A DNA stretch of 64,000 nt from a virus. Positions within the stretch are counted from its first letter, which is position 1. Each line of letters opens with the position of its first letter. The notes below the pieces were generated by a model, which saw only the letters and a program-made list of their open reading frames with translations, did not search any database and had not been told where the DNA came from. This document shows, piece after piece, positions 9,609-18,895 of the stretch. The position numbers were made by a program, and so were the translations under genes. Location: the IMG/VR virus record IMGVR_UViG_3300017649_000199, one strand, 5' to 3'.

Positions 9609-10960
9609 AGCATCTTCCTCTTCCGTTCCATCGCGTCGGCCACCTCGCCGTTGTGCTCGAGCCATTGGCGGCTATAAGGCGTGATGACCCGACCCCGTTC
9701 AACGGAGGTGGGCGTCCTTGCACTGGCGATGGCCGGGAAGCGGCTGTGGATGAAGTAGCCCAGCGCGTCTGGCGGGTGATCGAAGCCCGTGGTCTTGTCC
9801 GGCATGCCGTTGGCGTCGTAGGCCTGCTTCTCCAGCGCCTCGGTCAACTTGGGGCAGCCGACCGGGTTCACCCGTAGCCGGCGCACGCCCCTGGCATTGC
9901 AGAGCATGGCGTTCACGCTGACCACGCGGGCGCGGATGCGGGGGTTGGCCGGCGGCACCCGAACGATGAACCCTGCCGCCCGCAACAGGCCCAGGTCGGA
10001 CACGCTGGCGTTGTTGGTGTGCGAGCTCTCGCCGCTGGCGTCGGGATAGACCGCGATGTGCCGATCGCCGAACCGCTCGCGCAGCGCCACGATCATGGCC
10101 GGGGTGTCCCTGACGCCCGTGAACTCTTCCAGGGCCAGCGGCTGGCCGGCCCGGATCACGCAGACGATGGCCGTCATGTTCATCACGTTGAAGTCCATGC
10201 CCACGTGCAGCCGGTCGTCGTCTCGAATGGTGGCCAGCGTGCCGTTGAGCTTGCGGTCGTAGGCCGCGTACACCGAGCCGCTGGTCAGGTTTACAAACAG
10301 GCCGTTGATGTAGGCCTTCACCAGCTGCGCCGGGTACGTCTCGAACAGGGATTCGATGTAGTCGTCCGGCAGGTTGATCTCGTTGTCGTAGGTGCTGGCG
10401 TGGACCTTGCCGTACAGCTCGGCCTTGGCCGGCTCCTGCCCGGGGATCTGCTCGAACTGCTCGTAGACGAAGTTGAAGCCCTCGGGCGTCGTCGTCACAT
10501 CGATGCCGTTCTGCAGGCCGGGCGCCTTCACACGCAGGCGGGCGATGATCTTCCGCCAGGCGTCGTGCGCCTTCCGCTTCTTCAGCGTGTCGATCTCGTC
10601 CACCAGGCCTCGGCCGATCTTGAAGCCCACGATGCTGGCCGGATTGTCCATTGACCGGCAGATGGCCGTGCCGCGGTACTGCCGGCCGGCGTACAGGTGC
10701 ACTTCCTTGTTCGACTGGTTGATCTGGGCTCGCAGCCCCCAGTCGAAGGCCACTTCTTCGATCGTCGGGTAGAAGATGTCGCGGATCTGCGGGTAGCTAG
10801 GCGCGAAGTAGCCGGTGGGGATTCGCGGGAACTCCCAAGCATGGCGGCACAACGACCCGCACCCCACCCACGTCTTGCCCGAGCCGAAGCCCCCTACGAA
10901 TGCCCGGAACTTGTGCGGCAACTGGAGGAAGGCCGCCTGGGGCTCATTGAGCGTCGGCAC
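9605..10960 (-). CDS. terL: Terminase large subunit
   Basis: Walker A GGFGSGKT, Walker B LVDE, TTTPEG, nuclease GMDFN and DHPPDALGY. Confidence 0.95.
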   Translation of the reverse strand: MPTLNEPQAAFLQLPHKFRAFVGGFGSGKTWVGCGSLCRHAWEFPRIPTGYFAPSYPQIRDIFYPTIEEVAFDWGLRAQINQSNKEVHLYAGRQYRGTAICRSMDNPASIVGFKIGRGLVDEIDTLKKRKAHDAWRKIIARLRVKAPGLQNGIDVTTTPEGFNFVYEQFEQIPGQEPAKAELYGKVHASTYDNEINLPDDYIESLFETYPAQLVKAYINGLFVNLTSGSVYAAYDRKLNGTLATIRDDDRLHVGMDFNVMNMTAIVCVIRAGQPLALEEFTGVRDTPAMIVALRERFGDRHIAVYPDASGESSHTNNASVSDLGLLRAAGFIVRVPPANPRIRARVVSVNAMLCNARGVRRLRVNPVGCPKLTEALEKQAYDANGMPDKTTGFDHPPDALGYFIHSRFPAIASARTPTSVERGRVITPYSRQWLEHNGEVADAMERKRKML

Positions 10961-11459
10961 GCTTTCGCCCACTGACCACGTTGACGGTGACGGCTGCCGG
11001 CGGCGGCGCGTCGTCGTTGAAGCCCTCCGGCTTGTCGCGCCAGTGCTCCGGCTTGCGGTTCTTCAACCAGAAGATCATCGCCGTGGAGTCCGGCGGGTAG
11101 TGCTTCATCACTGGCGTCAGGGTTACCTCGCCCAGGTAGCTGCTGACGTGGGTGTCAGGATGGCTGTAGCCGGTGGCCCGCTCGAACAGCGCCCGCTCCA
11201 CCCTGCTGTCGGCCTCAGCCTTGCCCAGCCTTAGGGCTTCCGAAAACTCGGGGTGCTTGAGCTTCCACAGGGAGACCGTCGACAGGGCCACCTCGAAGAA
11301 GGCCGCCACCTCAGGGTCTGTGCAGCCCTTGTCGGCGAGGAACTTGGCCTGCTTGGCGAACTCGGGCTTGTACTTGCTGGGTCGGCCACCCGCGCCCTTC
11401 TTGCCCTGAGGCTTTGTTGCCGCCTTCGTGGCAGCGGGCTTGACTGCCTTGCGTGACAT
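10944..11459 (-). CDS. terS: Terminase small subunit
   Basis: GRPSKY, HTH, WKLKHPEF, AMIFWLKNR motifs. Confidence 0.9.
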   Translation of the reverse strand: MSRKAVKPAATKAATKPQGKKGAGGRPSKYKPEFAKQAKFLADKGCTDPEVAAFFEVALSTVSLWKLKHPEFSEALRLGKAEADSRVERALFERATGYSHPDTHVSSYLGEVTLTPVMKHYPPDSTAMIFWLKNRKPEHWRDKPEGFNDDAPPPAAVTVNVVSGRKRADAQ

Positions 11460-11678
11460 GTTCAGCCCCCTACAGCGGTGGATCGCCGATTCCCGGAAGT
11501 CATGGCGTCACCGAGGGGCATGGCCCCCGGCCGGCCGCACGCGGCCTCTTCCGTGTCGGCTGCGGGCTGTTGTCGACACCTGCCCGCTGGTCGGGCCGGT
11601 ACTGCAGATAGCGTCCCGGCCGGCGCTTCGAGATACGGATCGATTGTGTTGGGCGTCTGGCGGTCGCTCATGCCGCCA

Positions 11679-12140
11679 TTACGCGACAGCTGCCATCTCA
11701 TGCAACGGAGGGAACGGGAGCTGGAGCTGCACTGGCCGCTCGGCTACGTCGTCCAGGTGGGCAGGCTCATCGTCCAGTGCCCACGCCGGCAGGTGGAACC
11801 GGATGTCCTCTTCCAGGGCGTGCAGGTCGGGGACAGCCGCGTTGCCCCCACCCATCGGCAACTCCGCATAGGTGCCCATCACCCAGTCGTACTGCTCGGC
11901 GTAGAAGCGCTCGGTCCTCGCCTCCCCCGCCATGAGCAGGTAGACCTCGGCCTGGCTGTTGATGGCCACCACCGTGCCGGCCCCTCGGGCATAGAGCGTC
12001 TGACGGATGCGTTTCTGGAGCCGCTGGGCCAACTCCTGCACCGTGGCGCAGTCGTCCAGCAGGAATGCCGGCTTGATGCGCCGCTCCACCTGCCTACGCG
12101 GCGTGGGGTCTCGGTTGGTGTCGTGGTTCGAAGTGGCCAT
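11679..12140 (-). CDS. Hypothetical phage protein
   Basis: ORF from MATSNHD with GGAGG RBS. Confidence 0.65.
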   Translation of the reverse strand: MATSNHDTNRDPTPRRQVERRIKPAFLLDDCATVQELAQRLQKRIRQTLYARGAGTVVAINSQAEVYLLMAGEARTERFYAEQYDWVMGTYAELPMGGGNAAVPDLHALEEDIRFHLPAWALDDEPAHLDDVAERPVQLQLPFPPLHEMAAVA

Positions 12141-12154
12141 CGCATCCTCCCGCT

Positions 12155-12364
12155 CTACGCATCTCGCAGCTCGTCCAGGACCTCGTCGTCCAATCGGAAT
12201 GCCGGCAGGCGTCCATCGGTGTCGCACGCGCCCTGCCGGTCAGGCTGGCGCCGGCAGTGGAACGTCTCGCCTGTCGATTCGCGGAACTGGCACACCGAGC
12301 ACAGGCCCAAGCGCCGGACCCGGGCTCGGTAGCGCTTCCACATGCGGGCCGTAGCGTCGGTCAA
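12155..12364 (-). CDS. Small Cys-rich hypothetical protein
   Basis: CSVC...C...C; overlaps stop of upstream gene. Confidence 0.55.
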   Translation of the reverse strand: MTDATARMWKRYRARVRRLGLCSVCQFRESTGETFHCRRQPDRQGACDTDGRLPAFRLDDEVLDELRDA

Positions 12365-12876
12365 GCAGCCACCCCGCTGGCCAGGCGCTGTTCGCCGTAC
12401 AGGGCGATCAGCAGGGCATCGGCCCGGCCGTTGTCCTTCTTCCGCTTCAGCTCGGCCGCCACAGTGGGGAACCGCTGGATCGCCAGCACCCGGGACGCAT
12501 CCTTGGGCTGGCCGGTCAGGCCGAACTGGCGCTTCCAACTGGCCGGCTCGGCGCGGGTGTGCGGGATGCCCAGCAGCTCCAGAACCGCCTTGGCCTTGCC
12601 GTAGTGGTCGCCGAAGTTGAACGACGACTGCGCGCCTGCCCTCCGCTCGCCGTCCTTGGGCGGCATCGCCCGGACGCGCTCAATGACCGCCGACACCGCG
12701 GCACCAGGGTGAAGGTCCCGAGCGGCACGGATGAACAGCGCCACCTGCCGGGCATCCACCTCCCTGTCCTCGCCCAGCAGCGGCATGTCGATGATCGGGC
12801 CAGCCTCGCCGTCGGCCAGCACAGCGATTGCCCCAGAGATTCCCGGGTCAATCCCGAAGGTCAGGCGATTTGCCAT
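12361..12876 (-). CDS. RuvC-like Holliday junction resolvase
   Basis: GIDPG, IE, PASWK, RADALLIA catalytic motifs. Confidence 0.85.
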   Translation of the reverse strand: MANRLTFGIDPGISGAIAVLADGEAGPIIDMPLLGEDREVDARQVALFIRAARDLHPGAAVSAVIERVRAMPPKDGERRAGAQSSFNFGDHYGKAKAVLELLGIPHTRAEPASWKRQFGLTGQPKDASRVLAIQRFPTVAAELKRKKDNGRADALLIALYGEQRLASGVAA

Positions 12877-13244
12877 CCACGCGTCCTCAGTTGGTGCTGC
12901 TCGATCAGGGTGTTCTGCAGGTCCAGCAGGTAGTCGTCGCTGCCGATCTCCTGCCGGAACCGGCGGGGCTGCTTGGCGTAGGAAGGGCCGAACAGGCGTT
13001 CGCAGGTCTCGGCCGACATGCCCCCGAATGGCTGGCCGCGGTGGCTCCAGAGGTTCAGGCCCACGGTGAAGTCGTGCCCGCGCCGCTTCTGACCATGCTT
13101 ACCGCCGACGGTCAGGTGGTGCACCTCGCAGGGGACGTACCCGAGGCCCAGGCTGTGCGCGACGATGCAGCCGATCTCAGTGATGGCGTCCATCCGCTGC
13201 TGCTGGGCAGCCGTCGGCTTGCCGGTTGAGCGGCCGCGCTTCAT
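12861..13244 (-). CDS. Ref-family RecA-dependent nuclease
   Basis: GCIV...EVHH...GH...HRG and FGPS motifs; nin-region context. Confidence 0.7.
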   Translation of the reverse strand: MKRGRSTGKPTAAQQQRMDAITEIGCIVAHSLGLGYVPCEVHHLTVGGKHGQKRRGHDFTVGLNLWSHRGQPFGGMSAETCERLFGPSYAKQPRRFRQEIGSDDYLLDLQNTLIEQHQLRTRGWQIA

Positions 13245-13819
13245 GCTGCGCCCCAGCTAAACAACGAGGAACTGCTTTGGCAGATCCACTCTACTGCCCC
13301 ATGATCTTTGGGGTGCCTTGCTTGAAGCCCGAGGTATGGGCAGCTTGGTCCCAGGCGTTGCTGTCTGTCCTCGCAATCCTTGCGGGCGTATTTATCCCGC
13401 GATGGCATGACACCCATAAGCGCAGACAAGCTGCTGACCAGTTCTTGGTACTCGCAAAGCTGCTTCTTGAGCAGATTGAGTCCCTTCACGAAAGCGTTCA
13501 ATCGCTTCCGGGCAGAAGGGGTATCGCAATGTTTGGCCATCGCGCCGACTGGAGCTTTCTGTCGGACGCGGCGATGGAGCTTCAGCTGGATGTTCTTCCG
13601 GATCCAAGCTACCTGCCGATTTGGCTCAAGATTCGCGAAATAGCCACTCGCGTCGATGAGTACTATCAGGTGGTAATGGAACATGGTGACGACCCACATC
13701 ATCCCTGGGATGACGAAGGACTGCTCGATAGACATCTGAATCGCGCAACGGCCTTGTATAACCAGCTTGTCAGGCTGGACATAAAGTTCCGTGGCGACAG
13801 AGGTTACGCGGAGCGCTGA
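13226..13819 (+). CDS. Accessory (moron) protein with N-terminal transmembrane segment
   Basis: Antisense to operon, more AT-rich; WAAWSQALLSVLAILAGVFIP; start uncertain. Confidence 0.65.
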   Translation: MSGRASCCAPAKQRGTALADPLYCPMIFGVPCLKPEVWAAWSQALLSVLAILAGVFIPRWHDTHKRRQAADQFLVLAKLLLEQIESLHESVQSLPGRRGIAMFGHRADWSFLSDAAMELQLDVLPDPSYLPIWLKIREIATRVDEYYQVVMEHGDDPHHPWDDEGLLDRHLNRATALYNQLVRLDIKFRGDRGYAER

Positions 13820-13836
13820 TCTGGAAGAAAGGCACA

Positions 13837-14292
13837 TCAGGCCACCTTCCGCGGCTGCTCGCCGCAGTCCCGATACCGTGGCTCGTTGAGCCGCACGCCG
13901 TTCTCCACGGCCCAGGCCTGCGCGAAGGTGATCAGGTCTGCCATGTCGCCCACGGACATGGTCCGGGTCTGCACGGCCAGGTTCACCACGCTGGCGCCGT
14001 CCAGCGACGGCACGATGTCGCCCTGCTGCCGGCTCTCGGTGCGCGCCCAGGCGTCGACCAGCAGGCGCTTCCAGCCTTCCTTGTCGATCCAGCGGCCGGC
14101 CCACTGCCGCTGCTGGGCGATGTCCTCGCAGATGGCGTGGAGCATCGCGTTCTGCTCCAGACTGCGAGTGGACTTGCACTCCTTGACCTCGACGCGGACG
14201 GCCCGGCCGAGCTCCAGGTACTGGCAGGCAAAGCGCCAGGCCGCGGCCATGCGGTCCCGGGCGTTCTCGGCCCGGAGGATGAAGGTACTCAT
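13837..14292 (-). CDS. ninB: NinB/Orf recombination protein
   Basis: RSLEQNAMLHA, W..L, T..MSV..M.DLI motifs. Confidence 0.9.
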   Translation of the reverse strand: MSTFILRAENARDRMAAAWRFACQYLELGRAVRVEVKECKSTRSLEQNAMLHAICEDIAQQRQWAGRWIDKEGWKRLLVDAWARTESRQQGDIVPSLDGASVVNLAVQTRTMSVGDMADLITFAQAWAVENGVRLNEPRYRDCGEQPRKVA

Positions 14293-15785
14293 TGGTCACC
14301 TGCCCTTGCCGCAGCAGCCGTGGTCTTCATCCGGCCGAAGCCGGCTGCCTTCGTGGGCTTGTCGGGGGTAGTGGCGATCGGCGCTGGCTGCCAGTACTCC
14401 GGAAGGTTGGAGAACCGGAACTGCTCGGGCTGGTACAGCACGCGGACGTCGCCGGACGGGCCGTTGCGCTGGATGCCCACGATCAGCTCGGCCGTGCCGC
14501 GGTAGCGGGTGTGCCGGTCATAGATCTCGTCGCGGTAGATGAACACCACCGCGTCGGCGTCCTGCTCGATGGAGCCGGAGTCGCGCAGGTCCGAGACAAT
14601 GGGGCGCTTGTCGGGCCGCTTCTCCAAGTCCCGGTTGAGCTGGGACAGCAGCAAAACCGGAACCTTCAACTCGGCCGCCATCAGCTTCAGCGCCCGGGTG
14701 ATCTCGCCGATGCCGGCCGCACGGTTGTCCCCCACCACGGTCATCAGCTGCAGGTAGTCGATGACCACCAAGCCCAGCGGGTTGCGGGCATGCTGCCGGC
14801 GCACCTGCGCCACGACATGCTCCACGCGGGCATTGCGCGGACGGCTCACGAAGATGGCGGCCTCGCGCAGCCGCTTCATCGCGCGGGTGACGTTGCTCCA
14901 GTCGTTGTCGTCCAGCTCGCCTGAGCGGATCCGCTGGCCATCGATCCCGCCGATGCTCGCCAGCATGCGATCGCCCAGTTCCTCGGGCTGCATCTCGAAG
15001 CTGAAGACCGCCACGGCCTTGTGCTGCTGCAGCGCCACCCACTCGGCGATGTTCTGCGCCAGCGTGGTCTTGCCCATCTTCGGGCGCGCCGCCAGGACGT
15101 ACAGCCCACCCGGCTGCAGGCCGCCCAGCAGTGCGTCCAGGTCCGTGATGCCCGTGGACAGCCCATGCACCTGGGTGCCGGCCGTGGCGCGCTCGGACAG
15201 GCGGTCGTAGACCCGCTGCATCACCGGCGCGACCGACTCAAGCTCGCACGGCTCGCTGTCCAGCAACCCACCGATGCGGCTCTGGGCCTCGCCCACCAGC
15301 TCCACGCTGCTGCGGCCGTCCGGGGCGAACCCATCGTTCACCATCGCCGTGCCGACCTCGATCAGCTGCCGCAGCCTGGCCTTGTCGGCCACGATCTCGG
15401 CATAGGCCCGGATGTTCGCCGCCGACGGCGTGGTGCTGGCCAGCTCCAGCAGGTAGGCACCCTCGCCCACCTGGTCCAGCTTGCCGCGGGACTCGAACCA
15501 CTCGCCGATGGTCACCGCGTCGAAGGGCTGGTCCTTGGCGGCCAACTCGGCGATGGCCCGGAAGATCAGCTGGTGGTCGCGGCGGTAGAAGTCCTCGGCC
15601 GTCACCACATCCGCCACGTTCCACCAGGCCCGCGCCACCAGCATCAGCCCGCCCAGCACGGCCTGCTCGGCGTCGATGCTGTGCGGTGGAACACGGGCGC
15701 CCTGCGGCGCCGGGGGCGCCTTGGCGCCTGCGTACAGAGCCGCCATCCGCTCCAGCTCGCCCTGGGTGTCGATCGGCGCGGTCAT
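14289..15785 (-). CDS. DnaB-like replicative helicase
   Basis: PPHSIDAEQAVLG, AARPKMGKT, IDYLQL, LSQLNR, DLRDSGSIEQDAD. Confidence 0.97.
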   Translation of the reverse strand: MTAPIDTQGELERMAALYAGAKAPPAPQGARVPPHSIDAEQAVLGGLMLVARAWWNVADVVTAEDFYRRDHQLIFRAIAELAAKDQPFDAVTIGEWFESRGKLDQVGEGAYLLELASTTPSAANIRAYAEIVADKARLRQLIEVGTAMVNDGFAPDGRSSVELVGEAQSRIGGLLDSEPCELESVAPVMQRVYDRLSERATAGTQVHGLSTGITDLDALLGGLQPGGLYVLAARPKMGKTTLAQNIAEWVALQQHKAVAVFSFEMQPEELGDRMLASIGGIDGQRIRSGELDDNDWSNVTRAMKRLREAAIFVSRPRNARVEHVVAQVRRQHARNPLGLVVIDYLQLMTVVGDNRAAGIGEITRALKLMAAELKVPVLLLSQLNRDLEKRPDKRPIVSDLRDSGSIEQDADAVVFIYRDEIYDRHTRYRGTAELIVGIQRNGPSGDVRVLYQPEQFRFSNLPEYWQPAPIATTPDKPTKAAGFGRMKTTAAAARAGDQ

Positions 15786-16696
15786 GCCGCATCCCCCAGC
15801 GCGGTCACAGCCTGGTCCATGATCTGCGCGAAGCGGTCCTCGGCCAGCAGCACGTCCAGGTTCTGCTTCCACCGCGGGTTGTTCGGGTTCGGCACGTCGC
15901 CGCGCAGCCACGGGTCAGCGGCGCACTGCTCGAAGTAGGCCTGCCAGAAGGCCGCGGCGTCGTACTCCCAGCCCAACTGCCGGCACAGCTGGCGGGCCAG
16001 CTTGTCCGCGGCCAGCACCCGCCGCTGGCGTTTCGGGTTCAGCACCACGATGCGCTGGCAGCTCGGCAGCAGCTGGTGGTAGGCAGCCAGGACGATCTCG
16101 GCCGTCTTGCCGCCAGGGTGCGGATGCACGGTTGCGGCTTGCGGGCTGTCCGGCAGCAGGTCGACGGCGTCGGCCGGCGGCTGCAAATCCGAACGAAGTG
16201 AGGATTGCTCTTCTTCCTGTTCCTGCTCCTGTTCCTGCTCTTGGCTTGAAAGGGGTCGGGAAGGCCCTTCCGAACCCCTTCTGCGAGTCAGGTGGAAATC
16301 AGCCTTGTAGCGGTCGAAGAAGGCACCGAGGAACGGGTTGTCCGGCAGGCTGTCGTAGTCCCGCTGCACGCCCACACAACGGTTGTCCGAGGCCTTCAAA
16401 CCCTTGCCAATCTGGAAGGTAGCCATCTCGTGTACCCACACGAACTCGGACCCTTCGTCATAGCTACAAAGGCCCTCTTCGATGCACACCCTCAACCCTT
16501 CGGAGGCCCTTTCGACCCCTAGCCCGGTCTCGTGAGCCATGTAGAGGATGGGCTGGTAGTACAGGCCCAGCATGTTCGAGGCTGGCGAGGACATCAGGTA
16601 CAGAGCGCAGATGACCCCTTCCGGACCCCTTCGGCGGATCGCCTTGCCGGTCTCGCCCGTCCAGAAGGTGGGCATCACCTTGGCGTAGTCACGCAT
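15782..16696 (-). CDS. Phage replication initiator protein
   Basis: MRDYAKV..FW N-terminus, QEQEQE linker, directly upstream of dnaB; internal ACCC(C)TT repeats. Confidence 0.8.
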   Translation of the reverse strand: MRDYAKVMPTFWTGETGKAIRRRGPEGVICALYLMSSPASNMLGLYYQPILYMAHETGLGVERASEGLRVCIEEGLCSYDEGSEFVWVHEMATFQIGKGLKASDNRCVGVQRDYDSLPDNPFLGAFFDRYKADFHLTRRRGSEGPSRPLSSQEQEQEQEQEEEQSSLRSDLQPPADAVDLLPDSPQAATVHPHPGGKTAEIVLAAYHQLLPSCQRIVVLNPKRQRRVLAADKLARQLCRQLGWEYDAAAFWQAYFEQCAADPWLRGDVPNPNNPRWKQNLDVLLAEDRFAQIMDQAVTALGDAA

Positions 16697-16789
16697 GGCC
16701 AGCACCCCGCAGCAGCTGCAGGCAGCCGGCGATGTGCCAGCGCTGCTGGACCAGCCAGATGGCCCTTTCCAGGGGATCGGTCATGTACT

Positions 16790-17182
16790 TCATGCCGCCA
16801 CCCCGCCCAGCCGCGCCATGCGGCCCTGCAGTGCCTCCAGCCCCTTCACCGCGGCGATGAACTCGCGCTGCAGCTGGGCGGCCTCGTCCTCGGGGTTCAG
16901 CGGCTGCGGCTCGGTGTAGCCCGCGTCCCGGGCCTCGTAGTGCGCCAGGATGTGCACGCCGGCCTTGCGCGCGGCACGGCGGATCAGCCGCAGCTCGCCC
17001 AGGTCCAGCTTCTCGCGCTTGTCGGGGTTCAGGCAGTGCGCCAGCTTCCGGCCGGCCTCGTCTGCCGGCATGGCCGGCCAGAGCATCGAGCCCACGACCT
17101 TGTTCCCGCCCAAGGCGGTTACGCAGTCGCGGATCGCGTCCTCGTAGGTCTCGTAAAACAGGGGCAGCTGGTGGTCCGCCAT
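16790..17182 (-). CDS. CII-like regulatory protein
   Basis: ALGGNKVVGSMLWP...LAHCLNPDKREKL; position between cro and replication genes. Confidence 0.65.
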   Translation of the reverse strand: MADHQLPLFYETYEDAIRDCVTALGGNKVVGSMLWPAMPADEAGRKLAHCLNPDKREKLDLGELRLIRRAARKAGVHILAHYEARDAGYTEPQPLNPEDEAAQLQREFIAAVKGLEALQGRMARLGGVAA

Positions 17183-17198
17183 GGTGGTTTCCTCGTTC

Positions 17199-17225
17199 GT
17201 CCCACCGCGTGGGACTGCGTGGGAC
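17199..17225. promoter_or_regulatory. Putative CII-binding repeats (PRE-like)
   Basis: GTCCCAC plus two GCGTGGGAC direct repeats with 10-bp period just upstream of cII. Confidence 0.45.
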
Positions 17226-17282
17226 AGGCTCGTCAGGTCGAAATAAAGGCCCAGCCCCGAAGGACCGAGCCGCGTGGATTTA

Positions 17283-17447
17283 GTGGAGAAGTGCCCGCAG
17301 AACGTCGTACTGCTGCAGCGCATGTGCGGCCGGCTGTACGTCATCAGCCGCCGCGGGGATCGGGTGTCCGTGCGCTTCATCCCGAAGCGCGAACGGCAGC
17401 GCCCCACCCGGCCCGGCGTGGTCGTGCCGTTCCCAAGGAGTCGCTGA
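17283..17447 (+). CDS. Small basic hypothetical protein
   Basis: Manual translation (V)EKCPQNVVLLQRMCGRLYVISRRGDRVSVRFIPK...VVVPFPRSR. Confidence 0.45.
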   Translation: MEKCPQNVVLLQRMCGRLYVISRRGDRVSVRFIPKRERQRPTRPGVVVPFPRSR

Positions 17448-17524
17448 GTGGCCGGGGAGATAGGTGCCCGCCTGCCGGTAGGATTGGAGGTGCGACCCAA
17501 CCCAACCACTACCGGAGACGGACA

Positions 17525-17824
17525 TTGTTTGAGCCAAAAGCAACCCGCAAAGAACTGCACGACGCCAACCAGACCTTCGCCAAGACAGCAATTGCCCTTT
17601 CAACTCTTTTTGGGCAGATCTCCGCAGTACTCGCCACCCGAGCTGGAGTTGACCTCGGATCCCTTGAAGCGGATTTCCGAGCAGTCGCCGGCAAGGAAGA
17701 TCTCGGGGAGGTCCATTCGATGCTGGTGGAAGTCCTTGCGAAGCAACTCCAAATCGAAGCAAAAGAAGCCGAGTTTCAGCGGCTGCGAGGCGCCACCGAA
17801 GAGCTTGCGAAAGGGCTTCGCTAG
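17525..17824 (+). CDS. Hypothetical helical protein
   Basis: TTG start after GGAG; (M)FEPKATRKELHDAN...; lies antisense between cII and cro. Confidence 0.55.
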   Translation: MFEPKATRKELHDANQTFAKTAIALSTLFGQISAVLATRAGVDLGSLEADFRAVAGKEDLGEVHSMLVEVLAKQLQIEAKEAEFQRLRGATEELAKGLR

Positions 17825-17888
17825 CCGACTGGCGGCCCCTCATACCGAAGCGCTGAGGCTCATTGGTCTCAGGACTTGCGCGCATGAG

Positions 17889-18110
17889 TCAGGCCGCCTC
17901 GCCCTTCTCGGGCGCCGGGCCGAATACGTCAGGGCGCAGGTCGTGGCGGGAGACGCCAGTGGCGGCCTCGATGGCGAGCGCGTGCCGCGGGGGGATCGGC
18001 CTGCTCCCGCGTACCCACTGACTCACGGCCTGTGGTGTCACGCCAAGTGCCTTGGCAAGCCCGGCCTGAGCCGACCCGAATCGCTCAATCGCAATGGTGA
18101 TGGCATTCAT
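17889..18110 (-). CDS. Cro-like repressor (YdaS family)
   Basis: AQAGLAKALGVTPQAVSQW HTH, LRPDVFG; divergent from cI. Confidence 0.9.
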   Translation of the reverse strand: MNAITIAIERFGSAQAGLAKALGVTPQAVSQWVRGSRPIPPRHALAIEAATGVSRHDLRPDVFGPAPEKGEAA

Positions 18111-18117
18111 GTCGCCA

Positions 18118-18200
18118 CTAAAGCATTGCTTTAGGAAATAGTCAAGCGATGCTTTCTTACAATCCGACCGACTGCCGAGGACAATCAAGCGATGCTTGAT
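18118..18200. promoter_or_regulatory. OR-like operators (3 sites, core AAGCnnnGCTT)
   Basis: CTAAAGCATTGCTTTAG 18118-34, TCAAGCGATGCTTTC 18142-56, ATCAAGCGATGCTTGAT 18184-200. Confidence 0.85.
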
Positions 18201-18893
18201 AACGCCGACATGGCCTTAGCGATCAGAGCTGCAATCGAGCAGTCCGGGCGCAGCCAAAAGCAAATCGCCGACGAATTTGGGGTCACCGAACAAGCGGTGT
18301 CGGGGTGGCTGCGCACCGGGAAGATCGACAAGCGGAAGATTCCGAAGCTTGCTGCCCTGACCAGCAAGCCACTGTCTCACTTCGGCCTAGGTGCTGAGGA
18401 CACCCTCGTCAGCCGGCCGCCGCTGCGTCGAATCACGATCTGGAACGACCCCGCCGACCTGCCCCCCGACGAGTATGTTTTTCTGAGGAAGATTGAGGCT
18501 CTGCTGTCAGCTGGAACTGGCGGCCCCGCGATTGACGACGTGGACGAGGTGGAGTCTGGCGTCTCGTTTCGCGCCGACTACGCAGCAAAGAACGCATGGC
18601 GTCGGGATACGCACTTCACCATGCGCGCCGATGGAGTGAGCATGGAGCCGACGATCCAAGATCGTGCGCCAGTGGTGGTCGCTACGAACGAGAAGATAGT
18701 TCGCTCGGGGAAGGTGTATGCAATCCGGCTTGCAGGGCAAGACCAGCCGCTACTCAAGCGCCTAGACCGCCTGCCGGGCAACCGTTACCGCGTGCGCTCC
18801 GACAATCCAGACCCACAGTTTGCTCCGTTCGATGCCAGCGAGAGCGAGGTGGAAGTCATTGGGCGCGCTGTCTGGACACCAGTAGAGCTATAG
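18192..18893 (+). CDS. cI: CI-like repressor (HTH + S24 peptidase)
   Basis: N-terminal HTH, SAG cleavage site, GVSMEP serine, LKRL lysine. Confidence 0.95.
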   Translation: MLDNADMALAIRAAIEQSGRSQKQIADEFGVTEQAVSGWLRTGKIDKRKIPKLAALTSKPLSHFGLGAEDTLVSRPPLRRITIWNDPADLPPDEYVFLRKIEALLSAGTGGPAIDDVDEVESGVSFRADYAAKNAWRRDTHFTMRADGVSMEPTIQDRAPVVVATNEKIVRSGKVYAIRLAGQDQPLLKRLDRLPGNRYRVRSDNPDPQFAPFDASESEVEVIGRAVWTPVEL

Positions 18894-18895
18894 CG

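Noticed and set aside
11462..11701. 79-aa ORF upstream of terS
   Set aside because: No recognisable motif; may be non-coding packaging or regulatory DNA, and cannot be supported either way
13241..14299. 352-aa minus-strand ORF spanning ninB and the moron
   Set aside because: Off-frame to ninB and antisense to the better + strand gene
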